Below, in pieces: positions 19,418-29,880 of a stretch of DNA of 64,000 nucleotides; position 1 is the stretch's first letter; each line of letters opens with the position of its first letter. A program made the position numbers and the translations under genes. This DNA comes from an uncultured Dehalococcoidia bacterium (GTDB taxonomy: Bacteria > Chloroflexota > Dehalococcoidia > DSTF01 > JALHUB01). Where the stretch lies: positions 139,957 to 203,956 of the forward strand of contig CAZMGB010000003.1 in the NCBI GenBank assembly GCA_964565775.1. Reading direction: 5' to 3'. The notes beneath the pieces are model-generated. The model had not been told where the DNA came from and ran no database searches. It was given only the letters and a program-made list of their open reading frames with translations.

Positions 19418-20299
19418 TCACTCCAAGAGCGCCGCCTCCGGAGTGTCCTTGTATGCCTCGTACAGCTCGTCGTAGTTCTCGATGAGCTCCCACAGGGGCT
19501 CGGGGTTCTGCTTGCGCATTGTGACCGCGAGCGGTCCCGGCTCGACCCCCAGGAACGACTGCGTTTCCCCGAAGACTTCGTCGCGGCGGTCGAGCAGGTC
19601 CTCGTAGAACACGGGCAGATTCCGGTGCTCGCGAAAAAGCTCCTCATGGTTCGCGGCCCGCATCCTCGTCTTGACGATGAACTCGAACAGCTCCTCCTCC
19701 TTGACGGTCACCCGGGCGCGAGGGGCTTCGCCAGTAGCTCTTCGCCGCCGCAGGCGCTGTGGCAGTCTCGAAGCCGCCTTCAAGGGGTGATGGGCCGCGG
19801 CTAGCAGGTTAACGGTCGTGGCTTTCGGTCTTGTGTCCTCCAGGTAGACACCCGTCGTCTCTGCCAGTTTCAGCGAAACGAACATCCGCAGCAGGTTCCG
19901 TCGCCTGAGGTGAAGCACGCGGATCTCCTTATCCCCGGCGAGCCGCTCCGGCAGGTCCTCGAATCCGAGTAGCTGGCCGTAGTGCAACTTGAAGCCGACG
20001 GCACGGACGTCTTCGGGGTAGGGACAGAAGATTCGCTCCTCCAGGAAGCGAATGGGGTCTTCGCTTCGCAGCGACAGGTCCCGTGCGCTGAAGTTGTCGT
20101 AGCCTTCCACCTCGAACTGGACGAAGTTCTGCAGGAAGTTGAAGACCTCACGAAAGCACGTGATTTCGGAGCTGGAGTTGAGCGCCTGGGCCAGCATGTG
20201 TGAGCCGGTTCGAGGCCCGCTCAAAATGATGAACCGAACGTAGTTGGTCGAGCTGCCAGCAGACCCCCGCCCATCGCGGCCTGCGCTTGCTTCCTGCAT
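19418..20299 (-). CDS. PAPS-dependent sulfotransferase (Stf0-like)
   Basis: 5'-PSB FIILSGPRTGSHML, GFK, 3'-PB LRRRNLLRMFVS, YEDL, FLGV, KQNP..IENYDEL. Confidence 0.85.
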   Translation of the reverse strand: MQEASAGRDGRGSAGSSTNYVRFIILSGPRTGSHMLAQALNSSSEITCFREVFNFLQNFVQFEVEGYDNFSARDLSLRSEDPIRFLEERIFCPYPEDVRAVGFKLHYGQLLGFEDLPERLAGDKEIRVLHLRRRNLLRMFVSLKLAETTGVYLEDTRPKATTVNLLAAAHHPLKAASRLPQRLRRRRATGEAPRARVTVKEEELFEFIVKTRMRAANHEELFREHRNLPVFYEDLLDRRDEVFGETQSFLGVEPGPLAVTMRKQNPEPLWELIENYDELYEAYKDTPEAALLE

Positions 20300-20533
20300 C
20301 CTCGTCGACGCCCCCTTGCGTTCTATCTACCTCAGCAGCAATGCGGGAATAGCACCGGCACCGTGCCGCCTCCGGCTCCATCGGCCGCTGGCGCACGATC
20401 CCGAACCTCCCACTTCGACCCAGCGACCCCAAGGCGGCACCGCTCGCGACGTCGGAGGCCGTTAGTCCCGCATCCCCACAGAGATCGTGCGGCCGGTGCG
20501 TCTCAGGCCGTCGCGTCGCCGCGCGGCCGAGCC

Positions 20534-21388
20534 TCAGGCGCCGGTGTAGCTATCGGCCTCCCCGGCGCCCGGCGCGACGAGCCCCCTCTCCTCCAGGGCA
20601 CGCCGGAAGACGCGGCGAGCAGCGGGCGACGCCTGAAGTCGACCGCGCACGTATTCATTCACGACGTCCGTCGGCTCGCCGTCTCGCACCACCTGCCCAT
20701 GCTCCAGAAGGATCACGCGGTCGGCGAACTCGCTCAAGGTGCTCACGACGTGCGTGACCAGGACTATGGTTGTGTTGCTCTCCTTTAACGTGGCGAAATG
20801 TTCGAAGCACTTCTGCTGGAACTCTGCATCGCCCACCGCGAGGACCTCGTCGATTACCAGGATCTCGGGCCGGACATGGACGGCCACTGCGAAGCCAAGT
20901 CGCACATACATTCCTGAGGAGTAGGTTCGCATCGGCTGGTCTGCGAACTCCTTGAGGCCGGAGAATTCGATGATCTCCGGCACCTTCTCCTTGGCCTCCC
21001 TCTTCGGGAGACCCATGAAGAGGGCGTTCAGGTAGGCGTTCTCGCGCCCGGTCGCCTGTGGGTGAAAGCCAGCGCCCAGCTCCAGGAGAGCGGCGTACCT
21101 CCCATGTATGCTCGCCTTCCCCCTCGTGGGGGGAGAGATCCCCACCAGAATGCGCAAGAGCGTGCTCTTCCCCGAACCGTTGGGCCCTATGATGCCGACG
21201 ATCTCGCCCCGCTTCACGCTAAGCGTTATGTCGCGCAGCGCCCAGAAAGGCTCGCGCGGCCGGATCTGGCGCAGGAGCGTCCGCGGCCGCGCCATCAGGT
21301 CGCGAAGCTGCCAGGGCCTCTTCGGGTTCAGATAGAACCGTTTGGAGACCCCTTCCAGCCGTACCGCGTACTCATTGTCATAGCGCAT
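20534..21388 (-). CDS. wzt: Polysaccharide-export ABC transporter ATPase
   Basis: FWALRDI, GPNGSGKST, ELGAGF, YSSGMYVRLGF, DEVLAVGDAEFQQKC; start MRYDNE at 21388. Confidence 0.92.
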   Translation of the reverse strand: MRYDNEYAVRLEGVSKRFYLNPKRPWQLRDLMARPRTLLRQIRPREPFWALRDITLSVKRGEIVGIIGPNGSGKSTLLRILVGISPPTRGKASIHGRYAALLELGAGFHPQATGRENAYLNALFMGLPKREAKEKVPEIIEFSGLKEFADQPMRTYSSGMYVRLGFAVAVHVRPEILVIDEVLAVGDAEFQQKCFEHFATLKESNTTIVLVTHVVSTLSEFADRVILLEHGQVVRDGEPTDVVNEYVRGRLQASPAARRVFRRALEERGLVAPGAGEADSYTGA

Positions 21389-22217
21389 CAGCGAAGTATC
21401 TCTCCAGCGCGCGAAAGACGCCCAGCCCCACGACGAGGAACACGGCCGTGATGACGATAGTCGGCCAGAGCTCCGTGCCGGGAGCCGAGCCTTCGAGGAA
21501 CAGCGCACGCCAATCCTCTATCAATGGCACCATAGGGTTCAGCATCAGAACGGGCTTGAACTCCGCTGGAACGCGGTCGAGCGGGTAGATGATCGGCGTG
21601 CCGTAGAACATGAGGAGAAGCACGACGCCCAGCATCGGTCCAAGATCTCTGAAGAAGACGTTCAACGAAGCGACGAGTGTGCCCAATCCAACCAACAGCA
21701 GCAGTTGGAGCGCAAACAGAACCGGTATGCCCGCGACCCAGGCGACGGTGGGCTCGATGCCGGAGACGACGAGGAAGAGAGTAAGCACGGGCAGCGCTAG
21801 GAGGAACTGGACCGTATTGTAGAACACTGACGCCAGCGGCAGGATCAGCCGTGCGAACTGCACCTTTCGGAGGAGGCCGCCATTTGCCACGAAGGCGCCT
21901 GCCGATTGCTGGACGCCGCCCGAGAACCAGAACCAGGGAAAGAGCGCAGAGAGGAGGAAGACAGCGTAGTTCGGGACGTCCAGCCGCAACACTCGGCCTA
22001 GCGCGAAGTACATCACGAAGCCCATCGCCAGGGGACGAGCGATCCACCAGACGTAGCTGAGGACAGTGCCCTGGTATGTGACCTTCAGGTCTCGTGCGGT
22101 GACGGCGATGAGTAGGTCCCACGCGGTAGACGTTGATCTAGCCGCTGCCGCCAGACTGAAGTGTCTCGTCGCTGAGGCTTCCACTGCTCTCCAGACCCCG
22201 ATCCCACACCCGGTCAC
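21378..22217 (-). CDS. wzm: Polysaccharide-export ABC-2 permease
   Basis: RDLKVTYQGTVLSYVWW, NVFFRD, TPIIYP, LNPM, FADAL; overlaps wzt; start uncertain. Confidence 0.9.
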   Translation of the reverse strand: MTGCGIGVWRAVEASATRHFSLAAAARSTSTAWDLLIAVTARDLKVTYQGTVLSYVWWIARPLAMGFVMYFALGRVLRLDVPNYAVFLLSALFPWFWFSGGVQQSAGAFVANGGLLRKVQFARLILPLASVFYNTVQFLLALPVLTLFLVVSGIEPTVAWVAGIPVLFALQLLLLVGLGTLVASLNVFFRDLGPMLGVVLLLMFYGTPIIYPLDRVPAEFKPVLMLNPMVPLIEDWRALFLEGSAPGTELWPTIVITAVFLVVGLGVFRALERYFADAL

Positions 22218-22264
22218 CTACGTCGTCGCAGCAGCACACGTCGGAGGCGACCGGTGCTACGACA

Positions 22265-22963
22265 TTACTCCGCGAGAAACTCAAGCATCTCCTGACCGCG
22301 AGGATGTCCCCAATCGCCAATGTATCTGGCCTCCCACCCGGCCTCCCGACCCAGGGCGAGAATCTCTTCCGCATTGTACTGGAATGGGATGTAGTCATTT
22401 GAACGCCTGGGGTTCTTGTAGCTCTCCTCGAGCAAGCCCTTCGGGATGAAGGTAGCATAGAAACGACCCCCAGCGCTGATCTCAGCCCTCAGTTTCACCA
22501 AACAGAGGAGGATGTCGTCCTCAATGAGATGGCTGAAGAGAGACTGCGCGATGCCGTAGTTGGGACGCTTCCCAAACTTGTGAAACTCAAACCGCTCTGA
22601 GGTGACGAACTGCGGTCGTTTCTCCTGCCGCAGATCCTTCGAGATTTCGTGCTTCAGTCCCGCTTTGATCAGCCACGGCGCATGATCGATCCCGAGGTAG
22701 TGCTCCGGCTCGAGATACGCGATGAACAGTCTGCCCCCTCGAAGGCTGCCGCAGCCGACATCGACGAGGATGTCCTGCGGTTTCAGGCCCTGACGTACCA
22801 TGAAATCAAATTGGGCTCTCCCGACCGCCTCCCACAAGCCCCCGACTTCACCCCGGTGCTTGTCCGGGTAACGGAGGAGCATGTAGCGGAGGCCGCGATA
22901 TCTCCGCAGCAGCCGGTCGCCGCCCGGCCACGCTTCGAGGGTGCGTCTCACCGTGGCCCGCAT
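22265..22963 (-). CDS. Class I SAM-dependent methyltransferase
   Basis: VGGLWE, VDVGCGSLRGG, YLGID, AQSLFSHL, WGHPRGQEM. Confidence 0.8.
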   Translation of the reverse strand: MRATVRRTLEAWPGGDRLLRRYRGLRYMLLRYPDKHRGEVGGLWEAVGRAQFDFMVRQGLKPQDILVDVGCGSLRGGRLFIAYLEPEHYLGIDHAPWLIKAGLKHEISKDLRQEKRPQFVTSERFEFHKFGKRPNYGIAQSLFSHLIEDDILLCLVKLRAEISAGGRFYATFIPKGLLEESYKNPRRSNDYIPFQYNAEEILALGREAGWEARYIGDWGHPRGQEMLEFLAE

Positions 22964-23304
22964 GTAAAGTCCCTCACGTTCTCGAAGTTGCCCGCCTCTC
23001 CAGAGGCGGGTGTCATCTCGCTCTCGGTCTGAACCCCATAGATGGTAACACAGATTATGAGTCTGCCGTTTCACTCTGTAAAGCCTGCGGAAGCGGGGCG
23101 GGGGCCTCCTCAGCCAATCGCTACCGCTTCCAGTTTGGGCGGCGCCGCCGACGGCCGGCTGGGGAGAAAATCACACAACGAGCGTCGATTTCCCGAGGGC
23201 TACACTACGCGCGGCCTGTGTTATGATTGGCCCGGCCGGGCCGTTGATCAAACGGGCAGTCTCTGCCCATACGACGATCAGAGTCGAGCTCCGGCCAGCT
23301 ATCC

Positions 23305-24300
23305 GTGCCTAAGCCAGCCGCACCGGCCGCCTCTCCCTCTGTCGCCGTCCTGACCGTGAATACCGACGGTGCAGCCTTCATGTCGGAGTTCGCACAATCG
23401 TTCGCCGAGGTGACCTACCCCAATCTCCGTCTCATCGTCGTCGATAACGCCTCCACCGACGATTCACTCCAGATCCTCGAACGGTTGCAGCCCGAAGCGG
23501 TGATCCTTCGGAACGAGACCAACCTGGGCTTCACCGGCGCCTGCAACCGGGGCCTCGCCTATTGCCTCGAGCAGGGCTTCGACTACGTGCTGCTGCTCAA
23601 CAGTGACGGCATCATGGAGCCAGACTTCCTGGACCACCTGGTGGCCGCCGCTGACGAGCGTACCATGACTGCACCGAAGTCGTATCTCTATCACCACCGT
23701 GGACGTCTGGACGACTCGGTGGGCCAGTTCGACTGGACGCGGGGTGTCTGGAAGAAGCGCATCCTTGGCAAGGCGCCGACCGCCGACTTCGACCAGCCGC
23801 GTGCCGTGGACAACGCTAACCTCTCATGCCTGCTCGTACCCAGCGGCCTGCTGCGGGACGTGGGCCTGCTGGACGACAACTTCTTCCTCTACTACGACGA
23901 TACCGATTTCGTGCGGCGCGCGCGGGATAAGGGGTACCGCCTCTGGTTCGTGCCGGCCGCGGTGGTCTATCACCGGAAGGGCGGAACCATCGGCGGTTCA
24001 GACACCCCCTTCGGGCTCTACTACCTAGCGCGCAACCGGCCATATCTCATTCGCAAACACGTCCATTCGCCCTTGCGCCTCGCCCAGTTCTGGGTCTACT
24101 TCCTGAGCAGCCGTCTCATACAGCTCATCGCATTTCTCGCTCGGGGCCGGCCCGATCTCGCCAAAGCGATGCTGCTGGGACTCATGGACTACTGGCGAGG
24201 TCGCATGGGGAAGACGATAGAACGTGACCGGTGGCGGAGCAGAACACAGGCCGCCGACCCCGGCCTCAGGATGCGCGGCGAACCGGGTGCCAAGGCTTGA
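23305..24300 (+). CDS. GT2 glycosyltransferase (rhamnosyltransferase-like)
   Basis: VVDNASTDDS, NLGFTGACNRG, LLNSD, FFLYYDDTDF. Confidence 0.9.
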   Translation: MPKPAAPAASPSVAVLTVNTDGAAFMSEFAQSFAEVTYPNLRLIVVDNASTDDSLQILERLQPEAVILRNETNLGFTGACNRGLAYCLEQGFDYVLLLNSDGIMEPDFLDHLVAAADERTMTAPKSYLYHHRGRLDDSVGQFDWTRGVWKKRILGKAPTADFDQPRAVDNANLSCLLVPSGLLRDVGLLDDNFFLYYDDTDFVRRARDKGYRLWFVPAAVVYHRKGGTIGGSDTPFGLYYLARNRPYLIRKHVHSPLRLAQFWVYFLSSRLIQLIAFLARGRPDLAKAMLLGLMDYWRGRMGKTIERDRWRSRTQAADPGLRMRGEPGAKA

Positions 24301-24381
24301 CGCCGCCGCGAGGCATCACGTAGTCTGAATTCGCGCGAGGACTGGCGATAATCGTACTGTCGCTGGAGCAACGATGACACG

Positions 24382-25413
24382 ATGACCACTGTACTCGTCA
24401 CCGGCGGCGCTGGCTACATCGGCAGCGTCCTGGTCCGCAGGCTCCTCTCCCAGGGCTTCGCGGTGCGGGTGCTGGACCGCCTGTACTGGGGCCGAAAGCC
24501 TCTCCAGGAGGTGATGGACCGGATCGAGCTGATCCACGGCGACGTCCGTCAGCTCCGCGACGAATGGCTCCAGGGAATCGACGCCGTGGTCCACCTGGCC
24601 GGTCTCTCCAACGACCCGACTGCCGAGTACGACCCCCAGGCGAACTGGGAAATGAACGCCCTGGGCACCGAGCGACTGGCCGTTGCCTGCAAGCGGCTGG
24701 GCGTGCCCCGCCTCACCTTCGGCTCCAGTTGCTCGATCTATGACGGGCTGCCGCCGGGGATTGAGTATCGCGAGGACCAGGAGGTGCAGCCCAGGGGCGC
24801 CTACGCCGAGGCGAAATTCTACGCTGAGAACCGGCTCCTGGAGCTGGCAGACGAGCACTTCTGCCCCGTGATCCTGCGTCAGGCCACCGTATTCGGCTTC
24901 AGCTCTCGCATGCGCTACGATCTGGTGGTAAACACCTTCGTCAAGGACGCTCTCCAGGCGGGCCGGCTAAACCTTCACGGCGGTGGCTGGATGTGGCGGC
25001 CCCTGGTCGACGTGGAGGACACTTCCGAAGCGCACATTGTCTGCCTCCGGGCACCCGAGGACAAAGTGCGGGGGCAGATCTACAACGTGGTCCAGGACAA
25101 CTACCAGATCCGGGCGCTGGCGATGATGGTCGCCGGCACCTTGCGGATGGAGAATCGCGACGTCCGCTTGGAGGAGGTCCCGGCGCCCCCCCGCGTGCGG
25201 GACTATCGCTGCTCCAACGCGAAGATGACCTGGGGGCTCGGCTTCACGCCCCAGATCACGGTCCTGGCCTCCATCGCAAACATGGTGGCCTGCATCACCC
25301 GCGACGGCTTCACCGAGTTCGATCACCCCTGCTACTACAACATCGACTGGATGGAGCTGCTGAGCGAGGTTCACGAGAACCTTAGGCCGTTCCAGAGCGT
25401 CCTGGGCGAGTAG
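24382..25413 (+). CDS. NAD-dependent nucleotide-sugar epimerase/dehydratase (extended SDR)
   Basis: TGGAGYIG, HLAGLSND, SSCSIY, YAEAK. Confidence 0.9.
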   Translation: MTTVLVTGGAGYIGSVLVRRLLSQGFAVRVLDRLYWGRKPLQEVMDRIELIHGDVRQLRDEWLQGIDAVVHLAGLSNDPTAEYDPQANWEMNALGTERLAVACKRLGVPRLTFGSSCSIYDGLPPGIEYREDQEVQPRGAYAEAKFYAENRLLELADEHFCPVILRQATVFGFSSRMRYDLVVNTFVKDALQAGRLNLHGGGWMWRPLVDVEDTSEAHIVCLRAPEDKVRGQIYNVVQDNYQIRALAMMVAGTLRMENRDVRLEEVPAPPRVRDYRCSNAKMTWGLGFTPQITVLASIANMVACITRDGFTEFDHPCYYNIDWMELLSEVHENLRPFQSVLGE

Positions 25414-25423
25414 AAGCAGCTCC

Positions 25424-26314
25424 ATGCGCACCCTCCTCATCGGCAGCCGCGGCCAGTTGGGCAGCGACCTCTGCCGCGTCTGGGCCGACGAGCTCATCGC
25501 CCTCGACCAGCCGGAGCTGGAGGTCTGTGACGGCGACCAGGTGCACTCCATCATCCGCAGCGAGGCGCCTCGCCTGGTCATCAACACTGCCGCCTACCAC
25601 CGGGTCGATGAGTGCGAGAGCAACGTCATGCGCTCCTTCGAGGTGAACGCCCTGGGCGCCAAGAACGTGGCCGACGCGTCACGCGAGGTCGGCGCCGCCG
25701 TGATGTTCATCAGCACCGACTACGTCTTCGACGGCGAGAAGGGCAGCCCCTACGTCGAGGAGGACGTCCCGCGCCCCCTCAGCGTCTACGGCACATCCAA
25801 GCTTGCCGGGGAGCATTTAGTGCGCCAGAGCAACCCCCGGCATTTCATCGTGCGCACCTCCGGGCTCTTCGGGGTGGCCGGGGCTATGGGCAAGGGGGGA
25901 AACTTCGTGGAAACGATGATCCGAAAGGCCCGGCAGGGCGAAGCGCTGCGGGTAGTCGACGACCAGGTGCTCGGGCCCACGTTTACCTGGGACCTGGCCA
26001 CCACACTACAAGAACTGGCGGCCACAGGGCGCTTTGGCACCTACCACGCGACCAGCGCGGGCCAGACATCCTGGTATGGCTTCGCCGCCAAGATCTTCGA
26101 ATTGACGGGGTTGCGGCCCAGCCTCACGGCCATCACGAGCGATGAACTGGCCGCCGCCGCTCGTCGTCCCCGCTTCTCCGTCCTCGAGAATCGCGCCCTG
26201 GCGGCGGCCGGCGTAACACCTCTCCGGCCCTGGCAGGAGGCGTTGGAGGCCTATCTGAAGGAGAAGGGCCACCTCCAGCCGGCCCGACCGCCCGGCGCTA
26301 CCGGCACGGCGTAG
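25424..26314 (+). CDS. rfbD: dTDP-4-dehydrorhamnose reductase
   Basis: GSRGQLG, NTAAY..VD..E, ISTDYVFDG, YGTSKLAGE, VVDDQ..PT, RP..S.L. Confidence 0.92.
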   Translation: MRTLLIGSRGQLGSDLCRVWADELIALDQPELEVCDGDQVHSIIRSEAPRLVINTAAYHRVDECESNVMRSFEVNALGAKNVADASREVGAAVMFISTDYVFDGEKGSPYVEEDVPRPLSVYGTSKLAGEHLVRQSNPRHFIVRTSGLFGVAGAMGKGGNFVETMIRKARQGEALRVVDDQVLGPTFTWDLATTLQELAATGRFGTYHATSAGQTSWYGFAAKIFELTGLRPSLTAITSDELAAAARRPRFSVLENRALAAAGVTPLRPWQEALEAYLKEKGHLQPARPPGATGTA

Positions 26315-26427
26315 CACGGCACAGCATCGACCTGACGGAAGACCTCCCTTACGTGGTCGCCGGGGCGATGGTCTGCCGTGAGACTGCGTTCGAGCGCGGC
26401 GACCGCGAGGCGCTGCCGCCCTCCCTC

Positions 26428-27063
26428 CTACCGCGCGGGCTCGGGCGAACCTGACGGGGCCGTATCCTTCGTCGCTCTGAGCACGAGCTCCACCTCCTCG
26501 ATACCGACGATCGGCCCCCAGAAGCGCTCGCAGAAGTACTGAGTGCGGCGGCTGCGGTTGGCGAAGGCGTTGAAGAGCATGTTCCCGAGGCGGCGCGGCC
26601 ACGACAGGTTGAGCGTCTCGTTGCGGGCGCTCATCGTGAGGTTGAGCTTCGCCCGCTCGATGCGGAAGCGAGCCTTCGAGTAGTAGGCGAAGGCGAACCC
26701 ATCGAAGTAGGTGTCGTCGAAGTAGGCGAAGGTGGCGATGGAGAGGCCGCGCCGGTGGGTGGGGTCCTTCCACGTGACGAAGCTGGAGGAGGCGTGGGGC
26801 GCCTTCACGAAGACCAGGGCGCCCGGGCGGCATACCCGCCAGATCTCATTCATGGTGGCGAGGAAGTCATCCATGTGCTCGAGGATGTGGTAGGAGTAGA
26901 CCCCATCGATGGAGCTTTCCCTGAACGGCAGACCCTGGTTGACGTCCGCCACAACGTCCACGCCCGGCACCGGCAGCGTGTCCACTCCAATGGCGCCCTT
27001 CACTTTCCGGTTGCCGCACCCGAGGTCGATCCTGAAACGGCGTTCGCGGTTTTCGTCAGTCAC
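26428..27063 (-). CDS. Methyltransferase type 11
   Basis: IDLGCG, GVD, HILEH, EIWRVCRPG, DPTH. Confidence 0.85.
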   Translation of the reverse strand: MTDENRERRFRIDLGCGNRKVKGAIGVDTLPVPGVDVVADVNQGLPFRESSIDGVYSYHILEHMDDFLATMNEIWRVCRPGALVFVKAPHASSSFVTWKDPTHRRGLSIATFAYFDDTYFDGFAFAYYSKARFRIERAKLNLTMSARNETLNLSWPRRLGNMLFNAFANRSRRTQYFCERFWGPIVGIEEVELVLRATKDTAPSGSPEPAR

Positions 27064-27277
27064 TGGCAGATGCTCCCCAAAGTCTTATCGTCCCTGGACG
27101 TAATTATACACAAGGGTTCTTCGTTTATGAGGCTGGAGATGCCGCCACATTGAACGAAGGGAAGGGCGGCTGCTATCATGAGGCAGCCCTGAATCGGGAC
27201 CCTGAGGAGGCGCCGGAGGTCTCCATCGCTGGTTGTGGCGCGCACCCGACGCGAGGCGGAGCTCAGCGGAAAGTAGT

Positions 27278-28582
27278 GTGAAGCGAATTCTCATACTGAG
27301 CCGTGGTGCCGTCGGCACATACATGTCGAGCCCGGGCATCCGCGCCTACTACATGTCGCAGGTGCTGGCGAAGGCGTTGCCGGACGCCCAGGTGACCCTG
27401 GGCGTACCCAACCCGACGGACCAGCCCGAGCACCTCCCCGGCGTGCGGGTGGTCCGCTACGGGCCGCTCTCCTCGATGCGCCTCGTCTCTCAGCACGACA
27501 TCATCATCACCTCCGGCTTCTCGCCTCACCTCGCCCCTCTCTTCCCCAAGAAGACGTTCGTAGCAGACCTCTTCAGCCAGTACTTCATGGAGTGGATGGA
27601 GCTCACGAAGGCCGAATCGCGGGGCACGAAGCGGGACATCTGGATGAACAAGAACCGCGCCTACCTCACCATGCAGCTCACCCTCGCCGACTTCATTCTC
27701 TGCGCCAACGAGCGCCAGCGGGACACCTACATCGGCATGCTCAGCGCCCTGGGGCTCATCGACCCGATGGCATATGACAACGACGACACGCTCCGGCGGT
27801 GGATCGACGTCGCGCCGCACGGCATTCGGCCGGACGAGCTCAGCCACGACCGCCAGGTTGTCAAGGGCGTCTACGCCGGCATCCGCGAGGGCGACACGGT
27901 ACTGCTCTGGAACGGTGGCACCGTCTCCTGGTACGACCCCGAGCCCTTCCTGCGGGCGCTCCATCTCCTCTCCCGGGAGCGGGACGACATCAAGGCGCTG
28001 TTTCTCGGCACCTTCTACCCCGGTCTCGGCGAGTTTCTCGGGTACGGCCACCGGTTCAGGTCGGCCTTCCAGCTCGCCAAGGACCTGAACCTCTACCAGC
28101 GATCCGTCTTCTTCGAGTTCGGCTGGGTGCCCCACCGCGACGTGAAGAACTACCTGATGGAGTCAGACATCGGCGTTTGCACCTACTTCGACAACCTGGA
28201 AACCCGCTACTCACAGCGTACGCGATTCGTGGACCTCATGTGGGCGGAGCTCCCCATTATCTGCACCCGAGGCGACGTGCTGGCCGAGATGGTCGAGGTA
28301 CACGGGCTCGGCGTGGTGGTCCCTGAGGGCGATGCCGCCGCTATCGCCGAGGCGATCAGGCGCCTCGTCGACGACAAAGCCTTCTACCAGCAGTGCCGCG
28401 AGAATCTGCGCGTCCTCAAGCCCAGCCTGTCCTGGGAGGTGGCGCTGGAGCCGCTGGTGCGCTTCTGTCGCGACGGAAACTCGCTCGCCGTCGCCAAGCG
28501 CGACCGCTTCCTCCCCGTCCTCTCTCGAACCAGCGAGTACCTGCTGGCCCGCGTCCGGGACACCTTCACCCCGAAGCGATGA
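27278..28582 (+). CDS. GT4-like glycosyltransferase (copy 1 of 3)
   Basis: MSSPGIR, CANERQRD, LWNGG..WYDP, ETRYSQRTRFVDLMWAELP. Confidence 0.85.
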   Translation: MKRILILSRGAVGTYMSSPGIRAYYMSQVLAKALPDAQVTLGVPNPTDQPEHLPGVRVVRYGPLSSMRLVSQHDIIITSGFSPHLAPLFPKKTFVADLFSQYFMEWMELTKAESRGTKRDIWMNKNRAYLTMQLTLADFILCANERQRDTYIGMLSALGLIDPMAYDNDDTLRRWIDVAPHGIRPDELSHDRQVVKGVYAGIREGDTVLLWNGGTVSWYDPEPFLRALHLLSRERDDIKALFLGTFYPGLGEFLGYGHRFRSAFQLAKDLNLYQRSVFFEFGWVPHRDVKNYLMESDIGVCTYFDNLETRYSQRTRFVDLMWAELPIICTRGDVLAEMVEVHGLGVVVPEGDAAAIAEAIRRLVDDKAFYQQCRENLRVLKPSLSWEVALEPLVRFCRDGNSLAVAKRDRFLPVLSRTSEYLLARVRDTFTPKR

Positions 28583-29880
28583 CGAAGATCCTGGTGCACG
28601 CCCGGGGAGCCGTGGGCAGCGCTATGGCGAGCACCGGCATACGTTGCTACCACATAGCCCGCGTCCTGGCCGAGCAGATCCCCGACGCGCACGTCACCCT
28701 CGCCGTTCCCAACAAGCCGGATATCCCCTCCCCCCATCCGCGCCTCCGCATCGTCCGCTGCTCGAACCAGTGGACCAGCTTCCTCCAGATGATCCGCCAC
28801 GACATCATCATCTCCCGCAACTTTCCGCCGCCGCTCGTACTGCTCTTCTTCCACAAGCGGCTGGTCCTGGACTTCTACTCGGCCTTCTTCATCGAGTGGA
28901 TGGAGATCTCCAAGCGCATCCCCAATCCCGGGCGGCGGAAGGTGTGGACGGCCTCCAACCGCCACTATCTCAACTTCCAGCTTACCCTTGCCGACTACGT
29001 CCTTTGCTCGAACGAGCGTCAGCGCGACGTCTGGGTGGGTTCACTCAGCGCCCTGGGACTCATCTCTCCCCAGGTGTACGACCGGGACACGACGCTGCGC
29101 CGCCTCATTGAGGTGGCACCATACGGGGTGCAGCCTGGCCGTCCCGAGCGCGCCCGGCGGGTCCTGAAGGGAGTCGTGCCGGGCATCCGCGAGACCGACA
29201 AGGTGCTCATCTGGAGCGGCAGCATAATGGAGTGGTTCGACGCTCAGACCGTCATTCGGGCCATGGCCGAGGTGAGCCGCGTCCGGGACGACGTCAAGCT
29301 CTACTTTCTGGGCACTGAGCATCCCGACTTCGTCACCGGCCTGCTCTTCGATCCGCCGCGGGACGCGATCACCCTCAGCACGCAGCTTGGCGTGTACAAC
29401 CGCTCCGTCTTCTTCCACGTCGGCTGGGTCCCCTACCAGGACATCGGCAACTTCCTCGCCGAAGCCGACATCGGCGTATGCGCCGGCTTCGATAACATCG
29501 AGGCGCGCTACGCCTTCCGCACCCGCTTCGTCGACCTTTTCTGGGCGGAGCTGCCCATCATCTGCACTCCTGGGGACGTTCTCGCCGAGCGGATAGACCG
29601 CGACCCTCTCGGTATCGTCGTCCCCCCCGGCGATCCTCGGGCATTCGCCGACGCCATCCTTCGCCTCGTCGACGACCAAGACTTCTATCAGCGCTGCCGC
29701 TCCAACATGCTCGCAATCAAGGAGGAGCTGAGCTGGGAGCGGGCCCTGGCGCCCCTGGTTGAGTTCTGCCGGAGCGGCCAGAGCTTCGCTTCTCCCAAGA
29801 GGCAGCGCCTCCTGCCGCTTCTCCGACACAGCGGCAAATATCTGCTGACCCACGTGAGGCAGATGCAGATGCGCTCGTGA
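28579..29880 (+). CDS. GT4-like glycosyltransferase (copy 2 of 3)
   Basis: Paralog of copy 1; ATGA overlap with the upstream stop. Confidence 0.85.
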   Translation: MTKILVHARGAVGSAMASTGIRCYHIARVLAEQIPDAHVTLAVPNKPDIPSPHPRLRIVRCSNQWTSFLQMIRHDIIISRNFPPPLVLLFFHKRLVLDFYSAFFIEWMEISKRIPNPGRRKVWTASNRHYLNFQLTLADYVLCSNERQRDVWVGSLSALGLISPQVYDRDTTLRRLIEVAPYGVQPGRPERARRVLKGVVPGIRETDKVLIWSGSIMEWFDAQTVIRAMAEVSRVRDDVKLYFLGTEHPDFVTGLLFDPPRDAITLSTQLGVYNRSVFFHVGWVPYQDIGNFLAEADIGVCAGFDNIEARYAFRTRFVDLFWAELPIICTPGDVLAERIDRDPLGIVVPPGDPRAFADAILRLVDDQDFYQRCRSNMLAIKEELSWERALAPLVEFCRSGQSFASPKRQRLLPLLRHSGKYLLTHVRQMQMRS

